A stretch of DNA of 64,000 bases, from positions 8,742,001 to 8,806,000 of the forward strand of contig OZ024758.1 of NCBI GenBank assembly GCA_964016885.1. Reading direction: 5' to 3'. Positions 1-14,219 of this stretch are shown piece after piece (within the stretch, counting starts at the first letter, position 1; every line of letters starts with the position of its first letter). A model generated the notes under the pieces. That model saw only the letters and a program-made list of their open reading frames with translations, ran no database searches and was not told the DNA's origin. The DNA comes from Eledone cirrhosa. Lineage: Eukaryota. A program made the translations under genes and the position numbers.

Positions 1-174
1 TATATATATATAATATACATATATATATATAATATATATATATATAATATATATATATATAATATATATAATATACATGTTTATATATATATATATAATA
101 TATATAATATACATGAATATATATATAAATATATAATATATATAATATATATATATATATATAATATATATAAT

Positions 175-259
<85 letters not shown>

Positions 260-990
260 TAATATACATATACATATATATATATACACATATATATATG
301 TATATATATATTATTTATTTATGTTCATACGCGTGTTTGCGTGTCTGTGCGTGTGTGAGGGGAGGTCAAGGGAGTGTGCGCATGTATGCGTGCGTATGTA
401 TATGTGTATGCGTGTGTGTGTGTGTGTGTGCATGTGTGTGTATGTGTGTGTATGTGTGTGTAAGCAAACGTGTGTGTGTATGTGCATATGTGTGCATGTA
501 TGTGTATGTGTGTGTGTGCATGTGTGTGTAAGCATACCTGTGTGTGTGCATGTGTGTGTAAGTATACGTGTGTGTGTGTGTGTGTGTGTGCATGTGTGTG
601 TAAGCATACGTGTGTGTGCGTGTGCATGTGTGTGTATGTATGTGTGTGTGTGCATGTGTGTGTAAGCATACGTGCGTGTGTGTGTGCATGTGTGTGTAAG
701 CATATGTGTGTGTGTATGTGTATGTGTGTATGTGCATGTGTGTGTATGTGCATGTGTGTGTATGTATGTGCATGTGTGTGCATGGGTGTGTAAGCATGTG
801 TGTGTGTGTGCATGTGTGTGTAAGCATACGTGTGTGTGTGCATGTGTGTGAAAGCATGTGTGTGTGTGTGTGTGTATGTGCATGTGTGTGTATGTATGTG
901 TATGTGTGTGTGTGCATGTGTGTGTAAGCATACGTGTGTGTGTGTGTATGTGTATGTGTGTGTGTGTGCATGTGTGTGTAAGCATACGTG
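1..990. repeat. (TA)n then (TG)n compound microsatellite with recurring gcatgtgtgtgtaagcatacg higher-order motif
   Basis: Direct reading. Confidence 0.9.
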
Positions 991-1753
991 CATTTGTGGC
1001 CGACTATTTATTGCTGTCTACAGTTTTTTTTCCCCTCTAGTTACGGTGTATGATGCCAGCAGAACGGTGATAAAACTTTCGTTGCACATCAAATACGACA
1101 TTCATATTTCATTGGAATGCGTTAGAAAAGAAAATATCGAAACAAACCGAAAAAAACCCTAATAAATGTAACATCAACAACAACAGCAACCACAAAAGAG
1201 AATGAGATATGGAGTGGGGGGGCTTGGCAGCCATTGGTTAGATATGTGAGGCTTCCATGTTCTTTCTTAATTTCGTTGATCTTATTCGGGTTTGTCAGCC
1301 TGAGTATTTCTTTTCTAATTCCGGCATTAGAGAGTTTGAGTTTGGTGAAAGGGGAAAGAGGGGGGAGAGAGATAAGAAGAGGAAGAGCGAGAGAGAGAAG
1401 GAGAGGAAGAGACAGACAGAGAGAGACATTAGAGAGTTTGAGTTTGGTGAAAGGAGAAAGAGAGAGGGGGAGAGAGCGAGGGGAGAAAGAGAGAGAGAGA
1501 GAGAGAGAACGAATAAAACATCAAAAGAGTAAAAAGTAAATTTTAAAAAATAACAACATGGCAGTAAGATAAAATTAATGAGCAGCAGCAGCAGCAACAG
1601 CAACAGCAACGACAACAACAACGACAACAACAACAACATTGACTAACACTATAACAACAACCGCAACAATCTCAGTAAATAAAACGGCAAAAACTACAGA
1701 ACAACAACAACTACTACTACTACTACAACTACTACTACTACTAGTACTACTAG

Positions 1754-1794
<41 letters not shown>

Positions 1795-2340
1795 TTACTA
1801 CTACTACTACTATTACTACTAGTACTACTACTACTATTATTACTACTACTACTAATACTACTACAAAAAGAACAGCAACAGCCACAACAACCACAGCGGC
1901 AAAAACTATCAAACAACAACTATAGTATCAATAACAACCACAACACAGGATGCAAAAAGAAAAAAACATGGATGTTTGACCTCCTAGAAATAGCAACCAA
2001 ATATCATTGAAAACACATCTTTAGTGTCATAGGAAAGACTATATAAGACTGTGATCTTCGGTCCTTTTACATAAGAAAATAAACACGGGATAATCATGCC
2101 TGGGGAGCCTTCGATCATAAGATCTGCTCGATCAGTAATGACCTGTAGCAAGAGCTGAATTAACCTTTAAGCAAAATAAGTGCATGTTTTGATCCGTTTC
2201 CGTTTCACATTTGAAAAGGGGGTTTTAGCCCCGAAATATCATGTCGAAATATATTACTTTGTTTCGTTTTAATTGTCATCCTGTATCCTTTATATATTTC
2301 TACTGTAGTAAACCGGCTTATGTTAACTTATCAGTCATTT

Positions 2341-2426
<86 letters not shown>

Positions 2427-3023
2427 TGTGTGTGCGTGTGCGTGTGCGTGTGTGATAAACGGCTGATAAGTTTCAAAAAGTCAATACAATATCAAAAAGT
2501 CAAAACAAATGTTTTACGCCGTACATTTAATCATGTTGAAATATACCGAGTCAAACATGACTTTCTTTGGTTTTATTTGTCATCCTTTGCCCTTTATATA
2601 TTTCTATCGCATTGCACTGACTTTTTGAAACTTGGTCTTTTATTATATATCTCACAATACCTCGTGTTAACTATACGTGTTTAGTGCTTTAAATGGAAGA
2701 AGGCACTATTTTATTCAAATTAATTGTTTCTACTATTTTTTAAAAATTGCTGACTTTATATTTGGAGAGCGCCATAATCTTTTAAGTGGTAAGGACCTCA
2801 AAAGATTTAATCTGTCTGAAGTTCTGTGTCTGAGACTAAACGACAATAACCATATTAATACTCTCCAACGAGGGAACCTATTCTTGGTTGCTCGACCTGA
2901 TAGAAATTACATATAAATACCATTCGATACCGCCATATTAAAAAGAAGCCATTGCATAATGTTGTACGAAATACATTATATGTATCTATTAAGTATGTAA
3001 CCGCAACAATTACACAGAAAATG

Positions 3024-3064
<41 letters not shown>

Positions 3065-5052
3065 AGTAATAAAACATCGATCTGTTAGTGTATGGTCTTA
3101 GTTCTTTCAAGATCTATGCATAAATTACAGCAAAAATGTTTTTCACTCCAGGGACAACAGTCGTAAATCTTTCAACCACTCCAAGTAGTTCAGCTTTCAA
3201 CCTCCCCCAGTCGTAAAGCTCGTCCGTAGAAGCAATCATTTTTTCATAGGGTCGTTGTATTAGACCAGTGATTCCCAACTTTTTTTTACTCACGGTGCAT
3301 TTTTGAAAAACTAAAAATATGCTAGCGCCCTTTGTACCATAAAATAATTAGCCAAAATAAACTGATCACTTTACTCTATGTTATGACCATGACTAAACAG
3401 CAATAATCAGAAAACTGAGAAGAAACCACTGTATTAAACCGTTTTAATTCCAATGGTGAGCATAAACAACAATAATCTAGAAAACTGAGAAGAAATGCTT
3501 GATACGAGAACATAACATTCTAAATGTCCTCAAAATCGATTCTGTTATATGTGAATCGATATATCGTTATTCATCATAATTCCGAGGTTTCTAATTCTGT
3601 ATTAAGACTGTAATGTACTAGAAGACTATTAGTTAGTAAAGAGCTCCAAGCTTTGATCTCATTGAGACCTTATGCTGCTTTCGAAATGTTGGTATTAGAG
3701 AATGTTGGTTTTAGTGAAATCAATCTAAATATTTTTGCAAATTTCCCTTGAAAGAAAACATAATTCATCTCATACATACCGGAAGAAGAACAAATATAGG
3801 CTTAGGTCTTTAAATTCAGCATGGCTATAGAATGAATTTTTAGGGACAGACTAAATAATGGTTTATGATTTAGGCACAAGATATATATATATATTGATAT
3901 TTCACCATATATGTGTCTGTGTGTGTGTGTGTGTGTGTGTGTCTGTGTGTGTGTGTCTGTGTGTGTGTGTGTGTGTGTGTGGAGGCCGAAGGTTGTTTAT
4001 TATTTTTGTTCAAATGTCTGATTGTCAAAATTAGGGTGCGTCCTTCGGCGCCGGGAAATATGGTATATTCTTTTTGTTCCCACATGAGAAACTACCTTCT
4101 TAAAGACTATAATAACATATCAATGGTAATAAATGAAATCAGGTCGTTACAACAAGATATTTTTTCTTGCCTTTTCAAATAACATTCAGCACTGTTCAAT
4201 AACGTCAAAGAAAACTCTTTTCCCAAATAAATGCATATAGAGTAATTCAATAGATTTGATTATTTTTTCACCCTAAAATAGTTCGTTTCCAAAAATCACA
4301 AAAAAAAAAAATGATTTTCTGTGTTAATAAATTAACACATTTCTCGCAATCAGGTCGTTTCAATAGACAGTCAGATACATAGGCACATATACCCATAATG
4401 TTACCAAACCTTCCAAAAATACAATAGCCAATGAGAACACTCGTTATATATTCGATTCATCATAACCGAAACACGTCGGTGTTTCGTTTAGTTTTTGTTT
4501 CTTCTTTGCCTCTATTTTTTTCAAAAATAACACTTCGCGCCTAATCAGCAATATCGTCAGTATGACCTCCCTTTATTTAGTAACATTCTGACTTTTTCCA
4601 GATAAATATTTATTGAGTAATACAATAAATTAGATTAATTTCCTCCTAAAATATTTTTATTTTCAACAATAAAACACATGAAAACAATATTTTCTTTTCT
4701 TGCACACATAAACTTCCATCATACGGTCTCTCAAATACAAGACACGCACATACGGCAGACTATTTAAAAATACAGACACTCACGCACACATATACACAGA
4801 GATTCACACAGACACACACATACATAAATCCACAACACATAAATACACATAACACACATAAATAACATAACTATTGGCAGCACGCACATTAGAAAAAAAT
4901 ATATCAACACAGAAATGTTTTCATTTTTTCTTTGAATCATTTTTTTCGCCGCAATAAATAAACGTGAAATAAAAGACACAACATGAAGAGCCGTGGAAAG
5001 ACGAAACTAATAATTGGAGTATAAAGACCTAATATCCTGCTTTCAATTGTGT

Positions 5053-5092
<40 letters not shown>

Positions 5093-5184
5093 AGAAAAAA
5101 ACAATGAAGTTTCGATTACATGTTTTTATTGATTATCAACCTATTGATAACACCACCAGTAATTCACTGGGTCACCTACACTAT

Positions 5185-5378
5185 AGAGAATTGGTTCGCA
5201 ATCGTGAGGTTGTGAGTTCGATTCCTGGACCGGGCGATGCGTTATGTCCTTGAGCAAGACACTTTATTTCACGTTGCTCCTTCTACCTGGAGTTGCGACC
5301 GATAGATAGTATTAGCAACTGGAAAGACCGACAGAAACATTGCTTCCTCGGTCCGATTTGACGAAAGTCGATCGACTG

Positions 5379-5380
<2 letters not shown>
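5185..5380 (+). mobile_element. SINE family B copy, slightly 5'-truncated, ending in (CA)n
   Basis: Highly similar to 10447-10643. Confidence 0.85.
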
Positions 5381-5438
<58 letters not shown>

Positions 5439-5753
5439 CTTCTACATCATTAGAACTGTTTAATTCGTATGAAATGGCCAGGAAGAGATTCCTGGTGATT
5501 TCATTCGAATGAAGCAGTTCTAATGATGTAGAAATCATTTCTCTATAAAATTGTTTGTATTTGTCTACACATTCAACCTGTCTTTTATTTAGACATAGCC
5601 TGTCTAAGTCAGAATACTCAAATCTATCGAAGCTTTTAGATTAGTAAATTCAGGGATATTTTACTGCAATTTCTAGCATATTACTGGAAGTCGCTTTGGC
5701 CTATTTGTAAACAACACATTCCTAAACTAACGAAAATAGAATACTTACACTCG

Positions 5754-5828
<75 letters not shown>

Positions 5829-6739
5829 GTATGTGTGTGTATACACCCATAAATTTCTTTAATACTTTGGATGTTCATACTCTGCTGGAACAACACCGTG
5901 AATTAGTGAAATCTCTTGCAACATTTTGGCTTTATATTTTATATCTTTTTTTTATGTTGATATATGTATATGTATAGTTATATATGTATATATATATTTA
6001 TTGTTGATATAACTATAAATTGGTCAAATATAGAGAAAAACAAACTGTATTGGAAAGGACTATAAATGCCATAAATGTGAGGGGAAGAAGGGGAAAAGCA
6101 AAGACTATTAGACAAAGGAAGAAAGAGAGGAGGAAGCGGAGATGGTGACAGACTTTACACTTAGGTCAGAACGGTGTTTCGTCTGCGTCCCGCGGACAAC
6201 GGCCATTTTTGTTGTGGGTTTTAGTCAAATTGTTCTCTATCTTCACTAAACATGTTTATTTGCTGTACGTATCTGTTTTTATAACTCTTCTGGGTTGTAC
6301 TCTCTTTAAACAGCTCCAGTAGCCCATTAAATCTTTCTCTGAAGAGGGGTTTCCAGACTCTCCCTGAACCCTTCTCTAATTCTGTGGAAAGAGACCCTGT
6401 GACTGTTCCTCAGTTTTTTCTCACATCGCAAGATATCCAATTCCAATGAAAAGAGAGGGTAGGGGGATAAAGAGGAGGAACCAATGTCAGTATTTCACTG
6501 ATATTTTATTTATAGAAGCCACAAGGATGAAATTAAAAGCTGAAAAAAGAGCAGAGAACCGGATCAAATTAAGTAAAAGACCACCGAATGAATTGTACGT
6601 GTAATTCGAAGGTCCAACCTTGTTGCATATTGTGTCACACAAATTCCTGCTGAGAATTGAATTAAGTGTAAGTGTGTCTAGAGCAGGCATGTCAAACATG
6701 CTGTCCACATATATAATACAACCCCCCACTCCCTCCTTG

Positions 6740-6977
6740 CATCCATTTGAGGTCGATAAAAAAGTACCAGTCTAGTACTGGGGGGGGGGGGGGGTGATTC
6801 TTCCTCTATGTCTCTTTCTCGCTTTTATTCTCTCACCCTTTCTATTCCCCTCTTGAAGAAATCTGCTGCATTCAGGCCTGGAGAAGTGAGGGGCTTCGCC
6901 AGGTTTGAAAATGTCGTAAAAAATTCCGTACATCAATATGGCGTCTCTAACACATCTTCCCCAGAGTTACAGGACCG
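6740..6977 (+). mobile_element. SINE subfamily A2, 5'-truncated, ending in (TACA)n
   Basis: Homologous to 36145-36367. Confidence 0.7.
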
Positions 6978-7762
6978 TACATACACACATACATACATAT
7001 ATACATACATACACACATACATACATACATACATACACACATACATACACACATACACACATGCATACACACACACACATACATACATACATACATATAT
7101 ACATACATACACACATACATACATACACACATACATACACACATACACACATGCATACACACACACATACATACATACATACATACATAATACATACATA
7201 CACACATACATACATACATACACACATACATACATACATACATACATACACATACAAACATGCATACATACATGTATACATACATACATACATACATCCA
7301 CACATACATACATACACACATACACACATACATACACACATATATATATATATACATACATACATACATGTATATATATATATATATGCATACATATGTT
7401 CGTCTATATGAGTGTGTGTGTATGAGGAAGAAAGTGTTTACACACACAAACCTTACCATGTGTGTGAGTATAGTTCAGTATGTGATACACGTGATGATTC
7501 AACTCATAATTCTATTTTCGTTATTATACAATATCATACATGTATCTGCTCCGTAAGACCTATCTTTGTATCAATTCATTACTGTGATTATATTACCTCC
7601 CACTGCCGTTTTATGTATGCCAATGGGAAAATGTCGGAATGTGGTAAGAGGGATATAGAGATAAAGTTAGATCGATGGATATGTATGTATGTATATATAT
7701 GTGTAGAGTGTGTGTATATACATATATATGTGTGTGTGTGTGTGTGCGTGCGTGTAGTGTAC

Positions 7763-7796
<34 letters not shown>

Positions 7797-7888
7797 ACAT
7801 ACATATATATATGTGTGTGTGTGTGTGTATACATATATATATATATATGTGCGTGTGTGTGTGCATATATATATATGTGTGTGTGTGT

Positions 7889-7948
<60 letters not shown>

Positions 7949-8207
7949 ATATATATATATATATATATGTGTGTGTGCGTGTGTGTATGTGTACATATCT
8001 AGAGAGAGAGAGAGAGAGAGATGTAGCAGAAAGAGAGAGAGAGAGAGAGAGATGTAGCAGAGATAGAGAGAGAGGTAGCAGAGAGAGGGGGGGGGGGGGA
8101 TTAGATAGAGAAAAATAATACAGAGAGTGACTAAGAGAGAATGTTGATATATGAAAGTGTATAAGGAAAACACATATGGTATTACTGCGAGAGAGAGAAA
8201 GGAGGGG

Positions 8208-8387
8208 GGAGACTGCAAGAAAGAGAGTTGCACCACATGTGCAGAACACTGCAGTAGACAGATGCGGGAGAGACTGCAAGAAAGAGAGTTGCACCACATG
8301 TGCAGAACACTGCAGTAGACAGATGCGGGAGAGACTGCAAGAAAGAGAGTTGCACCACATGTGCAGAACACTGCAGTAGACAGATGC
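8208..8387. repeat. Minisatellite, 61-bp unit x ~3
   Basis: gactgcaagaaagagagttgcaccacatgtgcagaacactgcagtagacagatgc at 8211, 8272 and 8333. Confidence 0.95.
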
Positions 8388-9130
8388 AAGAATATGCACC
8401 AGGGGAAATAATATTTCTTTATTTCCTATTCATAACAACTAATTTCCTTAACCAATTTAATTTGTTCTTCTCAAAATGCTTACTGATAGCTTTGTTCCAG
8501 TTGTTGTAGTTGTTGTCTGTTGTTGTAGTTGTTGTTGTTATTGTTGTTGTTGTTGTTGTTGTTGTTTCTCTTCGTTAAGATTTTTATTAATTTTCGTTTC
8601 AACATAAAATAACTTTTATATTTGTTTACGTTCCTTAAGGTTTAACTCGTTTACTCTTTTCATTATATGATTCATAATTTACTTACAATTACACATGTAA
8701 ACAGCACACAAACACAGCACACACACTCACACACACACACATAGACTAACACAGCACTCACACACACACACACACACATATGTCTGTGTGTATTTATATA
8801 TGTATATATATGCCTGAGTGTGTATATGTATATGTATACATATATATATATATAATAGTGGGGTGGTTATATATATATACATATGTAAGAAGATGTTAAC
8901 TAATCAAGGTTGTTTATAGAACAGTGAATTATGATGCAATTGGAATTAAGCACTCGACGTCATGCGTATCCTTCTAAATCAGATTTGTTGGTCAATGAAA
9001 TAATTATAGTCCAGTAAAAGTCATTTCTATATGAAATAAAAATATACCTTCTCTAGAAAAGTATTGAGTACTTTGCTTAACTAAGGCTCCTTACCGTTCT
9101 TCTTTGGAAAACCATTCTTAATTATATATA

Positions 9131-9224
<94 letters not shown>

Positions 9225-9389
9225 AAGAATTTCCGTAGAAAAGGTAAAGGAAAGAAGAGTGCTCTATATATAGTAGAGAGCTATTTAATTATATAATAAA
9301 GAACACAATATAATTATTCTATTACAAAAGGTTTCAGGAAACTAGACGATCTTTACAGAAACGTCCAGCTCGTTCATCTGATAGATAAC

Positions 9390-9462
9390 TATTTCATCTG
9401 ATGAATGAGCTGGCGTTTCTGTAACGATTGTCTTGTTTCTTGAAACCTTTGGTAATGGGATA
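9390..9462 (+). ncRNA. Type-I hammerhead ribozyme motif in the right arm of a fold-back element
   Basis: tatttcat CTGATGA ...stem II... GAAACC-ttt-GGTA|atgggata. An inverted sister copy lies at ~9318-9380 (core reads CAGATGA) and another family member at 56855-56918 (-). Confidence 0.7.
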
Positions 9463-9489
9463 ATTATATTGTATTGTTTATTATGTAAT

Positions 9490-9600
<111 letters not shown>

Positions 9601-9860
9601 AAGTTATTTGTCTCTAATATAGTTAGACATCTCAGAGAAGCATTTAAACATATTCAACTTAGGCCAAAATCTCGCCTGGGGAAATATAAATATTGGTTGT
9701 CTTAATTTACTGAGATAATTAGTATTGTTTCTTAATTCCAGAAACTGCAGTTGAACCCCGTATTTGATTGAAACTGACTTAATTTAGTTTGTCTAAATTA
9801 TATCCCCACCAATCGAGATTTGGGCTTCTTAAGTTAAATATGTTTATATATATATAGAGA

Positions 9861-10400
9861 GAGAACATAGAAATAAAAATAGAATCTACACAGAGAAAAG
9901 ACGCAATGTTTAGACAAATCACAGAGGCACTAAACATAAATGAACTCCAACCAAAATTAAATAGTAAACATGAATGGAATAGCAACATCACAACTTACAC
10001 TTAAGGACAAAATGAAAACACACACACACATAGAACAAACAACCAACCAGTAACATGTAAATAAACAAATAAATAAACAAATAAAAACACACATAGACAC
10101 CCGGATGTAACACATGCGCAAACTAAGCACACAACACACACAAAAACAAGATGGCGTAGGACAGAACAAAGGAGAGGCACAAAAACAAAGTAAAGAATCC
10201 CGTCACTGAAGAGGTCACAGAATGTGTGACGAAAGAACTTTGACAATATATGAACAACCGGCCGGTTGTGGAACCAACCAACCAACCGGAAATTTATAAA
10301 TTCTTAAATTTATAAATTTAATTTATAATAAATTGGAGTGAAAGCATCTGGTGCGTGTGTTTCTTATTAGCAACATGACCCTCCCAAAGCATAACAATAT
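9861..10400 (+). mobile_element. Penelope-like element 3' fragment: GIY-YIG endonuclease C-terminal remnant plus 3' region with hammerhead ribozyme
   Basis: 9861-10004 translates as ENIEIKIESTQRKDAMFRQITEALNINELQPKLNSKHEWNSNITTYT*, resembling the R.I.EA..I....P.LN...E pattern ending PLE GIY-YIG domains. A hammerhead motif follows at 10202-10244; both ends abut (TA)n. Confidence 0.7.
10202..10244 (+). ncRNA. Minimal type-I hammerhead ribozyme motif
   Basis: gtca CTGAAGA g gtcaca-gaatg-tgtgac GAAA gaac TT|tgac: stem I gtca/tgac, 6-bp stem II, near-palindromic stem III AAGAACTT. Confidence 0.7.
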
Positions 10401-10422
10401 TTATAAATATATATATATATGT

Positions 10423-10641
10423 GTGGAGGCGCGTGGCTGAGTGGTTATAGAATTGGATTCACAATCGTGACGTCGAGAGTTCGATTCCCGAACCGGGCGA
10501 CGCGTTATGTCCTTGAGCAAGACACTTTATTTCACGTTGCTCCTTCTACCTGGAGTTGCAACCGATAGATAGTATTAGCAATTGGAAAGACCAATGGAGA
10601 CATTGTTTCCTCGGTCCGATTTGTCGAAAGTCGATCGACTG

Positions 10642-10643
<2 letters not shown>
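10423..10643 (+). mobile_element. tRNA-derived SINE family B (CORE-like gtccttgagcaagacactt segment)
   Basis: A box TGGCTGAGTGG and B box GAGTTCGATTCC. Close copies at 5185-5380 (+) and 25787-25995 (-). Confidence 0.85.
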
Positions 10644-10672
<29 letters not shown>

Positions 10673-10784
10673 CAAAGGTATATTTTGAGTTAGAAACTCA
10701 AAATAGTCTCTTACAATAAAATAGCTCAAGGAAAGAGATTTTTCCGAGCCGTATATTATAATTGAATATAAAAGAGAGATAAAC

Positions 10785-10818
<34 letters not shown>

Positions 10819-10870
10819 CTATACGGAATGACCAGTTCTATCCCGTGGTGAACCACCCAAACCTAAATGA

Positions 10871-10904
<34 letters not shown>

Positions 10905-11103
10905 AAATGAAGTAATTCCGTCGGAAAGGTCCAGGAAAAAAGAGTTTATAAACAACATAAGATAATTATTTCATTTACCAGTGGTTTCTTGAAAGCAAAC
11001 AAATTTGCTTTCAGTCATCAGAATGAAAAAATCCTGGTGTTTTTATTGAATAATGCACTGGGTAATTGCTGGCCTTGTGCCTAAAGTAGAAACAATTATT
11101 ACA

Positions 11104-11143
<40 letters not shown>

Positions 11144-12536
11144 CATATACATAAGCTATGTGATTACATCATACTCTGACATACAGCTGAGTGGGTGCAT
11201 GTCATGTTATATTTTCATTGAGAAGAGGGAAAGAATGATTAATTGACGTTTTATATATTAAAAAAAAATACATTAGGGAAACACCGCAAAGCCAATAGGC
11301 CGATTACTGATTAATCGGCCGCCGAATGTCTATATATTGTGGTAAGAAAATGGTTACTATAATTATTTGTAAGTAATCTATATTATATTTCATACTTATT
11401 CACAACAATGGAGTTGCTACTTGAGAAGAATGACAGGATTAAGTTGACTTCACAAATACGAAGTGATTTTACGTATACGAGCCTGCTAGAAATTAGCTAA
11501 AGTCTGCCTCAAACCCTCGGGCTCATCAGGCAGGGGTTTATCCTAGTTTCCATGGCATGAAACGACTGTGAGTACAAGACTCCCCACTGAACAAGACGCC
11601 TGTCTATCGCAGGGTTAAATCCCCAGGTATTGCTGTGTATACTGGAACAACTTGAAATGAAATGTGTTGCTCAAGAACACAACACAACTCAGTCCAGGAA
11701 TCGAACCTACGACATTATAATCGTACATCCAACACCCTTACCAGTAGGCCACGTGCCTCCACATGCGCTGAATATGAAGAACATTTATTGGTTTTACATT
11801 AAAAGTTAAAAGTTCTTAAATTAAGGTTGACTTTGCCTTTCATCCTTACGGGGTCGATAAAATAAAGTACCAGTAATGCACTGGGTGATTGCTGGCCTTG
11901 TGCCAAAAGTAGAAACAATTAAATTATGTTTTGTTTGAATGAATTAAAATAATTGGAATCATTATTAATTGAAAACATTTAAATACTTTTATATAAGCAT
12001 GTAACTAGAAGGGTTATAATGTTTAAATTAACTCCTTTTTAAAAGATCAATCAAACACAAACCCCCTGAGAGGGTATCTGAGCCTTTCTTCTACTTTGAA
12101 ACACTTTAACTACGTTTGAGCACTGAATCCTATGTTTTTGTTCGTTTTTTGTTTCCTCGTTTTTTGTGGTGGGGGCGGCGGTGCTCCAAAACAACAATGG
12201 TCGATTATCAAAACCAATTATATTAGTCAGCAAAATGTCGATACCGATCAATTAACAAAATGGTCGACATGAACGGTACCGACTATCTTACCGATTAATT
12301 GTTGCCACCCTAATATATATACATATATATATATATGTGTGTGTGTGTGTGGTGTGTGTGTGGGGGGGGTATGTGTGTGTGTGTGTGTGTGTGTGTGTCT
12401 GTCTGTCTGTCTGTCTATCTGTGCGTGTGTGTATGTGTGTGTGTCTCTGTGTGTGTGTGTGTGTATGTCTGTCTGTCTGACTGTCTGTGTGTGTGTGTGT
12501 GTGTGTATGTCTGTCTGTCTGTGCGTGTGTGTATGC

Positions 12537-12567
<31 letters not shown>

Positions 12568-12691
12568 TGTGTGTGTGTGTAGGAGGTGAGTTTTATTGTA
12601 GCACAATAAAGCAATGTTTATAGGACTGGAGTATAAATAATATAAGATCAAAAGATCACAAGTGTTTTTTAAGCTTCATATCATGTCTCCC

Positions 12692-12762
12692 TATTTTATC
12701 TGATGAGAACGCAGATATCATCCCATGATGATATTTGTTTTTGAAATGCGCATTATAAAATA
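12692..12762 (+). ncRNA. Type-I hammerhead ribozyme motif, most complete copy in the window
   Basis: tattttat CTGATGA gaacgcagatatcat-cccatg-atgatatttgttttt GAAA tgcgca TT|ataaaata: 8-bp stem I, 14 of 15 positions paired in stem II (including G.U), perfect palindrome AATGCGCATT at stem III. Confidence 0.8.
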
Positions 12763-12877
12763 CTTGGAACTCTTTTAACCATCTTTTGATCTTATATATA
12801 TATATATATATATACACTCACACATACATGCATACATGCCTACCTAACTCTATAGCTGCATGTGTAGATGTAGAAAG

Positions 12878-13074
12878 ATATGTGCATACCTCAAAACATA
12901 CACATCCACACACAGAATATCACACACTCTCACATACACAAACACACACACTCACATACACACTCACACAACAACAACAAACAAACAAACAAACAAACAA
13001 ACACATACAAGTACAAAATTACCAAGTTGATGTTTGGATTCCCATGAAAGAGTCATGTCAGTGTGTTAGAAACC

Positions 13075-13078
<4 letters not shown>
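12878..13078 (+). mobile_element. 3' UTR-only relic of the same family as 28058-28500
   Basis: Shares ctcaaaacatacacatccacac and agttgatgtt...ttagaaaccg(a)ctctc with 28328-28460. Confidence 0.6.
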
Positions 13079-13121
<43 letters not shown>

Positions 13122-13385
13122 AATCTACCTATCCTCCCCCTCCTCTCTCTCTCACTGTCTCTCTATCTAGCTATTTATCTATCTATCTACCTATCTATCT
13201 ACCTATCTATCCCCCGCTCTCTATTTATCTATCTATTAAATTAACCCCCACCCCCTCCTCTCTCTCCCCTCTCCCCTTCTCTCCCTCTCTCAGGACGTGT
13301 GATGTGTGACTTGGACTATTTCAGTTGTTTACTCGACTTTGCCAAAATTGAAATAGGTTTTCAGATTAATACATTTTTATCTAGC

Positions 13386-13886
13386 TTCAGTAATATCCTG
13401 ATGTCGTGAGACTGTAACAGAGTTAAACCAAGTCTATAATGATAGTAGGTTTCAGTAATATCGTGATGTCGTGAGACTGTAACAGAGTTAAACCAAGTCT
13501 ATAATGATAGTAGGCTTCAGTAATATCGTGATGTCGTGAGACTGTAACAGAGTTAAACCAAGTCTATAATGATAGTAGGCTTCAGTAATATCGTGATGTC
13601 GTGAGACTGTAACAGAGTTAAACCAAGTCTATAATGATAGTAGGCTTCAGTAATATCGTGATGTCGTGAGACTGTAACAGAGTTAAACCAAGTCTATAAT
13701 GATAGTAGGCTTCAGTAATATCGTGATGTCGTGAGACTGTAACAGAGTTAAACCAAGTCTATAATGATAGTAGGCTTCAGTATTATCGTGATGTCGTGAG
13801 ACTGTAACAGAGTTAAACCAAGTCTATAATGATAGTAGGCTTCAGTAATATCGTGATGTCGTGAGACTCTAACAGAGTTAAACCAA
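13386..13886. repeat. Minisatellite, 65-bp unit x ~7.7, near perfect
   Basis: ttcagtaatatcgtgatgtcgtgagactgtaacagagttaaaccaagtctataatgatagtaggc at 13386, 13451, 13516 ... 13841. Confidence 0.97.
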
Positions 13887-13994
13887 ACAATTGTCCCCGG
13901 TATGGTGAACTAACTGTTGTGTAACCACTTCCACCTAACTCGTCCCATAGACTGAGTGCTCTACCACTACGGATATTATCTTCCAGTGTTCTAC

Positions 13995-14052
<58 letters not shown>

Positions 14053-14151
14053 TGGGTGATTTGCATAACGTTGAATGCTTTAATTAATTTGTTGTATCGT
14101 CGTTTACCAGCCCGAACCACCAGTCTACCCATTCGTAAACAACTTAACATA

Positions 14152-14219
<68 letters not shown>

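Noticed and set aside
1325-1453. 28-bp direct duplication cattagagagtttgagtttggtgaaagg as a target-site duplication
   Set aside because: The intervening sequence is only GA-rich low-complexity DNA; a local slippage duplication is the simpler explanation.
6335-6410. Hammerhead starting at CTGAAGAggggtttcc
   Set aside because: No correctly placed GAAA/NUH and stem I partner found; at most a decayed relic.
10423-10500. tRNA gene
   Set aside because: A and B boxes are present but there is no convincing cloverleaf; it continues into a multi-copy SINE body.
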